Positions 50,674 through 64,000 of a DNA stretch of 64,000 nucleotides are shown in pieces. The translations under genes and the position numbers were made by a program. Each line of letters begins with the position of its first letter. Positions within the stretch are counted from its first letter, which is position 1. The stretch lies in NCBI RefSeq assembly GCF_006345805.1, contig NC_043009.1, forward strand, positions 6,076,001 through 6,140,000, read 5' to 3'. The DNA comes from Octopus sinensis. Taxonomy: Eukaryota. Below the pieces are notes generated by a model. It was not told where the DNA came from. It made no database searches and saw only the letters and a program-made list of their open reading frames with translations.

Positions 50674-52849
50674 TCCCCCGTCTGTCTTGATAGACAATGG
50701 GTCGCGCCAAGGGTGGGGCCTACTTCGATGATGAGCAGCGTCTGCTGTGACTGAACAGTCCAATTCTAGAGTGGCAGTCCCTGGTTCAGTTGCTGCACAC
50801 GAACATCGATGGGTATATATGTATATACTTATATAATTTAATATATAGTTATGTATACAGATATGTGTGTGTACATAGGTATACACACACAAGTATACGC
50901 ACACATATATACAAGCATGTATAAAATATCTATATGCGTGATAGTGAATGTGTGTGTGTTAGTGCCGGTATGCGCGCGTGGTAGTGCCGGTATGTGTGTG
51001 TGTGTGTGTGTGTGTGTTGCGTGCGTTTGTGTGTGTATGGGTTTATGCGAGTGTTTGCAAGGGGATGTAATCTTTGGATTAATGTAGGAGAGTTTCGAAT
51101 TGACATCCATGTATATATGTTTGACCGCTTTATCGGGAGCTGTATCATTGCCGGAGAGGTATCTCAAAACAATAGTAGATATTTAAGGAAACTTATTACA
51201 AATCTAGTAGAACAAAAGATGACACTCGTGAAAATGCCAGATCAATTCAGCATATCAACAATAACAGTTTACCAATACCACTCGACAACATAGTAGCATG
51301 TACATTTTTGAAGGAGAAGGCTTAAGATCATTTTGGGAGTCATGGACTATATTACCTATCTTAAAATCTACTAAGAAAGGGGGAGAGCAAGCAGGAGACC
51401 TGCAGTAGGGGCGAGTATTTATTAGTCCATCTCTACTTTCTGCAAGAATCTTGCAAGCCACAGACTAAGTGAAATGAATGTAAAACAAAGCTAAGAAATT
51501 CGTTGTAGCATTTATGTTAAAGACGGTTTAGTCAAATTGGAGTTTCCAAATTCCACTAGTGGAAGGAGAAGACACCCCATATCTACGTACAAGAAGAAGC
51601 CCCTTCATACCGAGGTTGTGGTAGTCGGAAAATCCACACCTAAATCTCCACAATTAAGTATCTGTATACAAGTATATATTCCAGTATGAAACTTTGTAAC
51701 TTAAATCTTAGAGAAACAAAAATGCCACACTTGACAGACATGAATTTCATATTCGATGTAATAAAAAAGAACCATGATCAGACAACGTGTGTGTGTGTAT
51801 GCGTGTATCTGTGTGTGTGAGTGTCTGTGTTTGTTTGTGCGTGAGTGTATGCATGTTTATGTATTCTGTATTTGTGTGCATCTGTACAGGTTTGTATAAA
51901 TATTTTCTCCATCATTTCCGTTATATATGAATTATATATAAAGTGAAATGAAATACCGGTCGTGGCGCCTAGTATCTTTGCAATTGGTTGGCTGAAGCAA
52001 TCATTTTATACAAAGTATGAGTTCTTTACAGCTATTACATAACTGATTATTAATTTGGTATGGATTGTATAATGTGTCTTATGTAATTAATCACATGGCA
52101 TTCCTTCCGTTTTGCAACAGCTATGATTATATATTTCAAAGTTTGGTAAAAACTTGAACGTTGCTGCAAAGAGGTACTATGAACAATATTTATCTTTAAT
52201 TCTACATATGCATAGATATATGCAACTCATATTAATGTTCTGGCCTCAAGGCTTCAAACGTTTCCACCATATTTGTTTTGGAGATATTATCATCGAGCTT
52301 TTTTTTTTAAATCTGAATGCGAACGGAGTTTCGCCTTCGGGTGTGAAATTCCACACTCTGTTTTAGTTAGATTCAGCGTAGGTAGAGATTGTAGTTAACT
52401 TAACAGCAAGCTTCCGGATTTTTCAACGTGCATCGTTTTTTATTGCCATCCCTGCTGAAATAACATCCAGCTATAGAGTTTATACCACAGGAAAAATATC
52501 ACATACTAAATAAAGTTTATTGTATATTTCGGCTTCGGACTGCAACGAAACGCCTCTAAAAAATTTATATATGTGTTCGTCCACATGAGAAATTTCAGGT
52601 TAACCCTCGACCAGCAATAAACAAAAACAACAGAATTATCGCGGATAACACACAAATGTTTGCAAATATTATGTGCACATTCGAAAACATTGTCCAAGAT
52701 ATAGAAGAGACCGAATTGTTACGATCGGAACGCTTGAAATTAAGTGTATTTTCTAAAGGACGTCTCTCTTGTTGCTACAGAATGACAATAATTTGTGTTT
52801 AAATGAGATATATATGTGTATGTTTCTTTATGCGTGTATTTATATTGAG

Positions 52850-53030
52850 ATAAATAGATAGATAGATGGATAGATAGATAGGTAGGTAGGTAGGTAGGTA
52901 GGTAGGTAGATAGGTATATAGGTAAATAGATTGATAGATAGCTAGATAAATAGATAGATAGATAGGTAGATAGATAGATAGGTAGGTAGGTAGATAGATA
53001 GATAGGTAGATAGATAGATAGACAGATATG
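52850..53030. repeat. (GATA)n/(GGTA)n array
   Basis: Direct reading. Confidence 0.95.
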
Positions 53031-53998
53031 TATCTATGTACGCATATATATATACATACACGCACTTACACACACTCATACATACACACATATGCATACA
53101 CAGACACACTCACACACGCACACATAGATACATATATATATATGTGTGTGTGTGAATATTGTTTGTGAGTGTTGGGGATACGTGTCTTCTTCGTGTGAGT
53201 GTGTTTGATGCCCCGTTATATGTTAAATATTTTCAACGAAAGTGGCATGTCTGTTATAATTTTCTAATTAAAGACATTGCATGAGTCACTGAAACACAAA
53301 GGAGTAGATTAGAACCTCAGAACCACGGTTCTTTAAGAGAGTGAACCTCAGCCTGCATCGGCTAAACCAGCTGATACAGTCATTTATTTTCAACATTGGT
53401 TTCGTATAAAACTTGCCCTTCCTCATACTGATAAGAAAGAAAATAACTCAAAGGGCCATGATCCAGCGTGCAAAGGGGCACTCATCTCTCATGTTATTGG
53501 GATTTGTGTAAAACTCTGCTGGTTCTTATTCAATGAGTCATCAATTCACAAGGTGGTTGAAGGATGAACTTAATTATACGTGAATAGCGTGAAATTAGCA
53601 TGCTATGATATGGAAAGCGAATACGTCACAGCATCGATTTTATGCTTCCCATGCGAAGAATCATCCTATCTTACGCTTTTACCACAAACGATTCTCAACG
53701 CAGGACTACACTTAAATGAACATCCTTAAAAGGAAAAGGAAAAAAAAAAATATATGATTTGCGAACTTCGAATTTCATACACGTACACTCATACCTTTAT
53801 GTGTTATAGGTGTATGTGGGATGATATACGCACAGATACTCATACGCATACACAAGCGCACATATATATCTGTGCGTGTGTATGTGTGTGTATGATATAT
53901 GTATATATATATATTATATATATATATATTATATATATATTGTATTTAGAAATTTGCATATATGCATACATGCACAAACACGCACACACGATCATATG

Positions 53999-54047
<49 letters not shown>

Positions 54048-54136
54048 AATGTGTGTGTCGGTTGTATAAAGAGGAGAATTTTAAAAAAAGACGAAGACAT
54101 GTGGTGTAGGCAACAAATAAATATATTAGCTTAACA

Positions 54137-54253
54137 GTCGGGAGTGAAAAAGTCTTTAAAGTTTCGAACCTACGCTCTTCCACAGAAGGGAACACAGAAA
54201 GAAACAGGGAAGGAAATAAAGAATATGTAGTGGCTAGGATCTATTATGGCGAT
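54137..54253 (-). repeat. Second copy of the ~110-bp repeat with hammerhead-like motif (54152-54190)
   Basis: Minus strand ccUU-CUGUGGA-A-GAGC guag GUUC-GAAA-CUUU-AAAG. Stem II keeps pairing through G-U. Confidence 0.6.
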
Positions 54254-54258
54254 TATGC

Positions 54259-54323
<65 letters not shown>

Positions 54324-54457
54324 GCATGCATGTATGTACATATATGTATATATATATACATATATACATTGCAATATTATAAACGCAATATACAAATATA
54401 TATGCATATGCAATACGTATATATAGTATATATATACGTATATATATATATAATATA

Positions 54458-54522
<65 letters not shown>

Positions 54523-55010
54523 AAGCAATAAAGGGTTTAGCAACGAATTGCCTTACCACAGACCGAATTTAGAAATAGCAGTCAAAGAGTTATAGCTATT
54601 TCTTCTACTAAAAAGGGAGATCTCAGTAAAACAACACGCAATTGGAAGGCAGACACAAACAGGTAAGAGAGAATGAATTGACGGCAATCTATCATACAAT
54701 TTTAAGTTATCTACGGACGCACGTTTCGAAATCAAGTTTTTAGGAAAGCATAAGAATTAAATATTAAATAATTCTACCTTACCCAAACTTCTTTTCTCTT
54801 TATTGCTTAGTATTACTTAAATTTTCCTCGAATGAGGCTTTTACATGCCGGAGACTAGTGGTGTAATTGATAATTATTCAAATTAATAATTTCACCCTTC
54901 ATATTACGGTATATATATATATATATATATATATCTAATATATATATATATCTATATATGTATGTATGTATATATACATATATATTTGTATGTACGTAGA
55001 TATATGTATG

Positions 55011-55054
<44 letters not shown>

Positions 55055-55059
<5 letters not shown>

Positions 55060-55553
55060 GAAATATTAAAATTACTAGTCTCTCTAAAAGAGAACACGGC
55101 AGCTTTCTGGAAATTAATAGTTATCGCCATACTAATATGGCATTCTTATAAAAATAAGAATAAAGCTGTCCGTTATTAGCTCCATGAGGCCATCGCCTTA
55201 AGTTAGCTATTTGATACACAAACTGTATCCATATAACCTTCGAACAAGGGAGGTCAGTGGCTCCACACTACTTGATCGACAGCTACAGACGCTTTTCGGG
55301 GTATTGCCCCTTTTCAATGTAGCGTAGTCAGACCAGTAGGTGTCGCTTCCGACAATCCCTGTTCGAAGGTTTTATTTACCTAGTTTCAGTGGAATACATC
55401 CACTTGTTTTCAATAATAGAAATATTAAAATTACTAAGGTTATATGGATACAGTTTGTGTATCAAATAGCTAACTTAAGGCGATGGCCTCATGGAGCTAA
55501 TAAGCGGACAGCTTTATTCTTATTTTTATAAGAATGCCATATTAGTATGGCGA

Positions 55554-55555
<2 letters not shown>
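55055..55555 (-). mobile_element. Retrozyme/Penelope-like non-autonomous element: 359-nt monomer with 23-nt terminal redundancy plus 120-nt inverted duplication
   Basis: TAATAGAAATATTAAAATTACTA at 55055-55077 and 55414-55436. 55122-55240 is the reverse complement of 55436-55555 apart from one indel. Internal hammerhead. (TA)n on both flanks. Confidence 0.7.
55282..55323 (-). ncRNA. Minimal type-I hammerhead ribozyme fold, U3-A8 core variant
   Basis: Minus strand reads GCUACA-UUGAAAA-GGGG caaua CCCC-GAAA-AGC-GUC-UGUAGC: 6-bp perfect stem I, 4-bp perfect stem II, GAAA, GUC cleavage triplet. C3U and G8A together keep the 3-8 pair. Stem III has A where C would give the palindrome ACGCGU. Confidence 0.8.
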
Positions 55556-55631
<76 letters not shown>

Positions 55632-55742
55632 CAATATACAGGAGAACTCCATTGGACATGACGACGAGCGTCAGCTAATAAGATGAACGTAACAGCTTCC
55701 TTGTGAAATTAACATGCTAGTTTCGGAGTACTTCATTATATA

Positions 55743-55844
<102 letters not shown>

Positions 55845-56436
55845 TAGAGAGAGAAAGAGAGCGATGGAGAGAATGAGAGATAAAGGTGGGGAATAGCATA
55901 GAGAAGAAAGAGGATAACTATGTACGGCTCACGATATTTTTAAAATCTACTACACAATATACACTCACAACTTTATACCAAGTATTATTATTGGAACAGG
56001 ATATGATCCAAACCCATCTCGAAACTGCGAGAGAGAGAGATGGGGGAGGGGTGAGAGAGATGAGCAATCCTTAGTTCACATGCCATGACGTTATCTGCGA
56101 CAACGAATATCAGCAATACCTTTTTAAGAATGATGGGAAAAAGCTAATGGTTTCCTTAACAACCTTACAACAAAAGAGGAGGCCAGTCAATATTAACTAA
56201 AGCTTCATAAGAGAAACCGAACATAAATGTCCCCCCCCACACACACACATATTCACTCAAACACACATCACATATGATATCAATATAATCGTATATGTTG
56301 TAAAGTGTGTGGTTACACTCTGCTTCGCTTAGCAGAAATCACTAAAGTGGTTAATATGTATTAGCAGAGAGGGTTATATGTCGTAATATAAAGATTTAGT
56401 GCTTTTAGTTAATTATGTAACATGGTTTTAGTCTAG

Positions 56437-56539
56437 CATTCTGGAACGTACAATGAAAGAACCAATATTGGCGTGAGTAGTTCCTTGAATAACCACAGTA
56501 TGTGTTACTGTATCGAGTACCAGACCGTTGGAACTAAAG
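56437..56539 (+). other. Candidate 103-nt exon
   Basis: TTTTAGTCTAG acceptor, AAG|GTAAAC donor, open frame HSGTYNERTNIGVSSSLNNHSMCYCIEYQTVGTK; no homology recognised. Confidence 0.2.
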
Positions 56540-56625
56540 GTAAACTGATGTAACATCTAAAATATATGCATACACAAATATGGAATACATTCTCAGAGAT
56601 ATGTGGTGTGTGTGTGTGTGTGTGT

Positions 56626-56660
<35 letters not shown>

Positions 56661-58165
56661 ATGTGTGTATTTGTGTACTTTTGTGTTGCCGTATGAAAAG
56701 TGCTGTATATATTTCCATCTTGAAATACTGATTGCCAAATCGTACCAACTCCCACAGTATGTGTTCTGCAAAATGTGAATCTGCTTTACTCGATAACAAC
56801 TGCTGAAAAAAAAAATCAATAAAAAGAAATATTTCTATTAATATGTGAATGTCACTTTTTTTTATGGTATGAATCGCAGTATACATAAATATCTATATAG
56901 TAATTGTAACACTGAAGAACCGTCTTGAAGTAAAAAAAAAATTAAAAACGAAAATACTTCCAATATTATTGTCATAGATTAATTATTTCATTGACCATTT
57001 TAAATAACCAGACGTTTAATTTTTGTTTTTCTGTTAGTCTTTGCACACATAAACACACACACGTATACATATACATATATGAGTAAGTGGTAAGTGTATC
57101 TATGTGGGATTTATCATTTTACTAATGCGTAAAAGCAAGGATGAAATCTCTGAGACCAAGGATGAAATCTCTGAAATCAAGGATGTCTCTCAACGTCTTA
57201 GGAATGGCAGAAGCATCCCGAATTAACAATTCTGTATTTGTTCTGTCTCTGCCTTCAGCATTTAAATCCTGTTTTGTCTTACTTGGCTATTTCTTATAAT
57301 ATACTATCCACATTAGCAGGGCCACCGACTGCGCCTCGGAGTTTTGAAGAGTGGGTATTCTGTTGCAAGCATTTGGTGTATGTCTCGGGTGCGACGATAT
57401 ATTTCTGAACGAACCTCAGATAGACTGAAATGTATCATAGTCATTGGTCTTCCTTTCTGACCGAATGATTAAAATATATTCATGCTTATATACAAAAGAG
57501 ACACATACACACACGTACACACACACGAAACACACAAACACACAGAAAGACACCCACACTCATAGAGATCTTCACCCAGCGAAAATTATATAATTTTTAT
57601 ATGCTTCTCTATATGCATATTTTTTAATGAATGGTAGACTAAATTTATAAATATGTGCATATTTAAATTTTACTCTTCTATGTTATTAAGTTTTTGTTAG
57701 CAATAGAGAATCGAGTTCTTCTCTCGTTGCGTCTAGAGAGAACATATATTATATATATTACTGAAAGAAATTCCAACTTTGTCAGATTTTCACGTTTTAT
57801 TTACCATTGTATAAATAATATAATATAATATAATATAATATAATATAATATTATGAAATGGTAGAATATTAAATGTGCATACTGATTGAACTATTTCTTT
57901 CATACATTAAACTATGCAATCTTCAAGTTCATATAGTAGTTATGTTTTACAATTTACAACTGTGGTGAGATGGCTAAACTGTGTGTCTTAAATACATTTT
58001 TATGGGTTTCAGAATATAAATTTTTGCAAACTGATTCTGAAAAATCAGTGTGTGATTTTACTAAATTACTTAAATTGGTTTGTGTTTGGTTTAGGTGTCG
58101 CAGTTTGTTGAACATGGCAATATACCTGTTTCTGAACCTGACAAAAGCATTAATTGTTAGGATAT

Positions 58166-58260
58166 TCCTCGGCGGAATTTGAACTCAGAACGTAGCGACA
58201 GGCGAAACACAGCTAAGCATTTCATCCCACGCGCTAAAGATTCAGCCAGCTCGCTGCCTT
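58166..58260 (-). mobile_element. SINE family B head fragment
   Basis: CCTCGGCGGAATTTGAACTCAGAACG..GCCAGCTCGCTGCCTT. Confidence 0.8.
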
Positions 58261-59587
58261 AAATACTATTAATTTAGCATGCACGTATTAGGTTGCATCT
58301 GAAGCCAGACGTTGGTGTTACTCTATCCAAGAAGGGTTCTTCCACCTATTTACTAACTGTTTTATAATATTTGCTTGATGCTTTACTCTATCTTTACGTT
58401 ATGAGTTCAAATTCTATTGAGGTGTCTTTGCCCTTCATCCTTCCAAGATTGATGAAAAGTGTCACTTAAATACTAGAAGATGTAATCGAAAGATGCCACT
58501 CCTGCATATATTCGAGTCTTACCATGTACGGGGTTCGAAACCTTGTACTAAAAAGGAGTTATTTACGTTTTCTTAAAAGCTTATAAATTCTTGACATCAA
58601 CAATAGTAATTTTTATCAAAGCCAACTTCATTGCTAGAGTTAGAATTAAAAAATAAATTGCTGACGCGTCAGCATGTTCTTTTTTTATACTTTTAATTAC
58701 TACAATAAAACAGTATAAAATTCTCTTAACGCATCATTAATTTATACGTACAGACACACATTCAAATAAACACACATACTCACACATATATATGCGTGTG
58801 TGTGTGTGCCTGTACGTATGTATGTATGTATATATGTATGTATGTATGTATGCACATACATAGTCATTAATTTCCTATAGAAAAAAGAAAAACTATGTCA
58901 AATTATGAACTAGTAAACCGATATAACTTGAATTTATGTTATCTTAGGTATTTACCTCACATTTTAGATTTAATTAATATGTTTTATTTAGATTAAAGCT
59001 AGATTAATTACATATATTTACATATGAATAATTTCCTCAAGTAAATATTATTTACATATTGAACAATTTATTTAGTTTTCTTCTTGCTTGAAAGTTTCAA
59101 GCTCATATGATATTTTGATTAAAAGTTTTACGTAGCGTCACTTGGTCACCAGACCTTACGGAATGTCATTGATATTTTTAATATCTATTTACGCATGAAG
59201 TGATAATCTCAATTTATGTATTCACTAAACTCTTACCTACAGTAGTATTTTTCTTTTTTTAATTTGATACTCATTTATTCTCAATCAAGTAAAGAGAAAA
59301 AATCTGTTTGAAGCTAGGAAATTATTTTAGAGCATGAGTGATTGAATTCATATTTTTTTAATAATAATAAAAAAAATGAAATACCAATTCAGTTAAATTT
59401 AATATTTTTTTTCTTTGTTCTCGTTCACTAGACTTATTCCTGTTTGCGTATTTCACTATCTCCGCATGTTTCTAAGTTGTTTTCGCGTATACATATGTTT
59501 ATTTATGTATGTATGGATGTATATATGTGTTTATGTACGTATGTACGTATATTATATTATATGTACATATATAAAAACATACACACA

Positions 59588-59663
<76 letters not shown>

Positions 59664-59664
<1 letters not shown>

Positions 59665-60166
59665 ACAGGGAGAATGATTAAAAAAACTATCCGCACTTTC
59701 CCCAAAACCTTCTTCGGGATAGCCACACTATATTCAGTACTCACGCCATGAAAGAGGGTATTGTGGTTGCATAATCGAAGGTTGACCTGATTCGCTCCAG
59801 TTTTCTCTCTTGTGTTACAGATTAAACATTGGCGCTCTGCTAGCACTGCGCACCAACAAAGATCAAAGATCGGTAATCCGATATCTCTAGTCTAAATGTG
59901 TGCCAGGGGCTGAGATTTATCACTGGATTACGCCCGTAAAGATTCAAGAACCTAGAGGAAGTAGAAAATATAGTCAAGGAGTTCTTCACCTCGCAGGACA
60001 AGAACTGGCATCATCATGGGATCAAATAAAATTTGCAGAAAGATAACTCCAGACTGTGCAACACGACATCCTCAATTTTGAATGCTAGATTACTCTTGTT
60101 GTAACTTGACGAATAAAACAAATAGGTAAGCAAAAGATTTCGAAAGTTTTGACTCAAGAAAACATA
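59664..60166 (+). mobile_element. Internally deleted or chimeric mariner relic
   Basis: N-terminal KDQRSVIRYL*SKCVPGAEIYH joined directly to C-terminal RFKNLEEVENIVKEFFTSQDKNWHHHGIK; TA at both ends. Confidence 0.65.
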
Positions 60167-60583
60167 TATGTATGTGTCTGCCTTAATACACCATATATGC
60201 GCCTATATGAGAGAATCTATCCAAGATAAAACCGTAGTATTCACTGTTCTAACAAGACATTCAAATTAAGTTAGATATGTAAATTTGTGTATGAAATGAT
60301 GCTGATAATCTGTATATCGTAACAACAAAACTAAACTGGTATGCAGTCGAGTCTCGGTGTCCATGACATACAATCGGCGTAAGCTCCTATCGATCTGTTT
60401 GCTTTTATGCATCAATTTTCTATATAAGAGCCTCGCAAAAGGCTAATATCGCGGTGTTCAGTATTCTGTGATGACACACATATTACGTTGGATATAACGA
60501 TCCTGTTTGCTAAAATTTAATAGAATAAATAAGATATAGATGAATACACACGTACTTGTACATGGCGAACCAAATGACTAAAG

Positions 60584-60650
<67 letters not shown>

Positions 60651-60664
60651 TAATAATAATAATG

Positions 60665-60707
<43 letters not shown>

Positions 60708-60808
60708 TAATAATGATAATAATAGTAATAATAATAATAATAATGATAATAATGATATTAATTATAATAGTAATAATAATAATAATAATGATAATAATAA
60801 TAATAATG

Positions 60809-60876
<68 letters not shown>
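60584..60876. repeat. (AAT)n array, about 290 bp
   Basis: Direct reading. Confidence 0.98.
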
Positions 60877-61020
60877 TCTGCTCAATACCATAGATTTGCT
60901 TGTCAGTTGTTTGACCTTAACCAGTTGAGCATATCTCTCAGAAACATGAGCAGTGTGTACCTACGTCCTTTTATTACAGATGTGTTAACGATTTGTACCT
61001 CGTTCAGCAGGTGTTCTGTG
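60877..61020 (+). repeat. Second copy of the (TAA)n-adjacent repeat
   Basis: Homology to 25471-25555; abuts the 60584-60876 (AAT)n array. Confidence 0.55.
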
Positions 61021-61654
61021 AGCTAAACACTTACGATTATATATTTCTTCATTACACCATATCATTTTCCCTTGAATGCTTTACTTTTTTCGCGTAGTGC
61101 CATCCATAGTATGTGAAAGAATCATAGCGCTGTTAAAAATGAAGGTCTCGTTGTTTGTTATTAGCTTGACTTCCACGTACTGTCTCTTTGGCCAGTTGAC
61201 CGCCGGTGTAATGTGAAGGAGTTATCCTTAATTAGAGAAATCCAGTGTGGCTATTAGGACCAACTGTGTCACAAACTTATAGGCTGACGGTAGATCGTTA
61301 TATCATCATAGTACACAGAAACAACTGTATACTCACTCTTACTCTCACCTTGCTTAACTGATTAAATGATGTTTTTTAGCACCAAAGACACACTTCGCAT
61401 TGTTGTATTTCCTCCATTTTCTAGATATACATTAAACTACGGTTTACCTTTTTAATTACCTGCTGCCGTATAACTGATACCAAAGGCCATACTTACTGTG
61501 GTAATTACCAGGAGTGAGTTACAGGGTTTAAACACCTCTAACTTAAGTCTTATATATATGTATGTATGTGTGTGTATATACACGTGTGTGTGTAGATATA
61601 TGTTCGTGTATAATTATATTGATGGATAAAAGCATAAATGGATAGATATGATAG

Positions 61655-61656
61655 AT

Positions 61657-61737
<81 letters not shown>
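61655..61737. repeat. (GATA)n array
   Basis: Direct reading. Confidence 0.97.
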
Positions 61738-61785
61738 TGATTGAGTGATTGAAAGGTAGATATTCAAAATAACAAACAATATTCT

Positions 61786-62155
61786 GGCCATGCTGGAACA
61801 CCGCTTTTAGTCGAAGAAATCGACCCCAGGAGTTATTATTTGTAAGCCTAGTACTTATTCTATCGGCCTCTTCTGCCGAACCGTTTACGAGGACGTAAAC
61901 ACACCACCATCGGTTGTCAAACGATGTTCGGGGACAAACACAGAATCACAAACATATAACCCCCCATATATAGATATATATACATACATATATACGACGG
62001 GCTTCTTTTAGTTGCCGCCAAACAGATCCACTCACAAGGCTTTGGTCGGCCCGTCGCTATAGTAGAAGACACTTGCCCAAGGTGCCACCCAGTGCGACTG
62101 AACCCGAAACCATGTGGTTGGTAAGTAAGCTACTTACCACACGGCCGCTCCTGCA
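61786..62155 (-). mobile_element. SINE family A, full length
   Basis: Reverse complement of both arms. Confidence 0.9.
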
Positions 62156-63203
62156 TGAACGCATAAATTTTTTGTAATGAGAAATTACCCCAGATAAATG
62201 TCATCTGAATTCAAACATGAATCAGGATATTTTAATTTATATCTATAATTTTATTTTCAGAAAATTTATGCTTTCCGTATATGTGCGCATTAACTGAAAA
62301 CCTTCAAGGAATTTGCGACGAGAATGCTACCTTGTTATTTTGAATGTGTATGTGTGTGTATATACGGGTGTGCAATTATATGTGTGCGGTGAATTTGTGA
62401 AGGCTTGACAGACGGATTGAATTAGTATGGTGAGCTCGGGAATTTGATGTCCTTGTTCGTAAACACGCTTGGATTACAAGAGTTTCCAACGCGTCAATGT
62501 CTGGAAATATGGTGTTGTACATCCAATAGAAGTCTGTAAAACGCAGACGGTTCGTAAACACCATTATTTATAAAGCAATAAAGAATGATACGTTCTGTTT
62601 CGTTTTGCTCTTTTCATGTTGCGCTAATGTTATGCGTCATTGTGTTGTAGGCCATCGTTGTAAAATCAAATATTATTGAAATAAGACAAAGTAGAAATAA
62701 GCGCACAGAATCTAAAACCTGAAGAACTGAGAAAGGGACATGTTTGTGTAAACTGGGAGGAGCACAAAAGAAAAAAAAAGGACCAGCAATATATAATGGG
62801 AGACTGAAAGAAATCTACAGAGATAAGGCGAAAACTCATACGAAATTATACAGAGCCACATTTAAAGATGGAACTAGAAACACAATCTAAAAAATGCTAG
62901 ATAAAAAGGGAAAGGACAAACAGGAAAGGAGATTAGACAATATCTATAACAAATTATTTATGGAATCATCACCTTGGACTGAAACAATTAAGTATCGGAA
63001 GAAATGAAAACGTAACTGAGAAGACATACAAAACAAAATGAAAGATGAAGAGAAAATTGTGAAGCAGGAAGACTTAAAAAAATATTGTAATTAATGAAAT
63101 GAGTAAATGTAAGAAAGAACGTAAGGGGAGAAAACTTGATATACGCAATAGAATATATATATATATATATATATATAGACATTTCTATAAATAAATGAAT
63201 ATC

Positions 63204-63240
<37 letters not shown>

Positions 63241-63316
63241 ATGGGTGGGTGTGTATGTATATATATATGCTTACCTAAACCCAAGCAGACACCTACATAC
63301 AGACATACACACACAC

Positions 63317-63353
<37 letters not shown>

Positions 63354-63354
63354 T

Positions 63355-63396
<42 letters not shown>

Positions 63397-63435
63397 ATAT
63401 ATATAAATAAATAAATATATATATATATATATATG

Positions 63436-63470
<35 letters not shown>

Positions 63471-64000
63471 GTGTATGTATGCATTAAAGATTAAAGAAAA
63501 AAGATACAAATCAATGAACGAGACTTTGATATTTTTATCTTGTCTCAAGGATTAGACGTCTGAAAATGTCACGAAATCATATCTCAAATTTCTGTAATTC
63601 ACACTGACTCTATTTCAGAGGTCTTGTCATTCTGTCTGCCAAATATTAATTTAATACAATCTTAAATTTTAAAGAAATATCATTACAGCAGCTGATAAAC
63701 AACACTATTTGTAATAGAAACAATAATACTATAACAAAGAGCAAAAATAAAATTATGATAATATTGATTTAGAACGTAACCAGAGTTGAAAATAAATTGT
63801 AAACAAGATTGAAGTCGATTAAATCTGTTTAATTACTGGTACTTATTACAAAGAAAGTCGGTTGATGAAAGCAAATATTGGTCAAGAACGTTAAATTTAG
63901 CTTGATTTAAAAATAAAAAAAACTTTGACTCGGCAAACATTTTGAGGTTTGCATTTAATATTCTTCTGTTTTGAATATAATAATAGGCGTAGGAGTGGCT

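Noticed and set aside
50726-50752. Box C (ATGATGA) / box D (CTGA) snoRNA
   Set aside because: Boxes are only about 15 nt apart, with no terminal stem or guide.
62376-62564. 62-aa minus-strand ORF with possible acceptor at 62534
   Set aside because: No domain similarity or convincing donor; length is within chance.

Overview
AT-rich, microsatellite-saturated eukaryotic DNA. The SINE families and repeat spectrum look like octopod cephalopod (Octopus-like) intergenic or intronic sequence; that assignment is recalled from repeat families, not from a database search. No complete protein-coding gene, rRNA, genuine tRNA or CRISPR array is supported, and almost all ORFs in the track are translated microsatellites. 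The window holds dozens of tRNA-derived SINE copies of 4-5 families and decayed non-LTR retrotransposons: three R4/Dong-type copies nested in (TAA)n arrays at 24.2-27.6 kb, another RLE relic at 32.7 kb, an L1/Tx1 3' end at 36.9-37.9 kb, an RTE 3' end at 14.3 kb and a Penelope RT relic at 38.4-38.7 kb. There are also several broken mariner transposons and a fold-back element at 1.2-2.1 kb. The most notable signal is a set of small non-coding elements carrying type-I hammerhead-ribozyme folds inside circularly permuted or partially tandem monomers. These are a 359-nt unit with a U3-A8 covariant hammerhead and a 5' inversion at 55.06-55.56 kb, a 333-nt unit with a full hammerhead fold at 27.9-28.35 kb, and an ~810-nt unit at 18.4-19.4 kb, plus minimal hammerhead relics with a recurrent CUGUNGA core. 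The architecture suggests retrozyme-like or Penelope-dependent elements, possibly copied from circular RNA.
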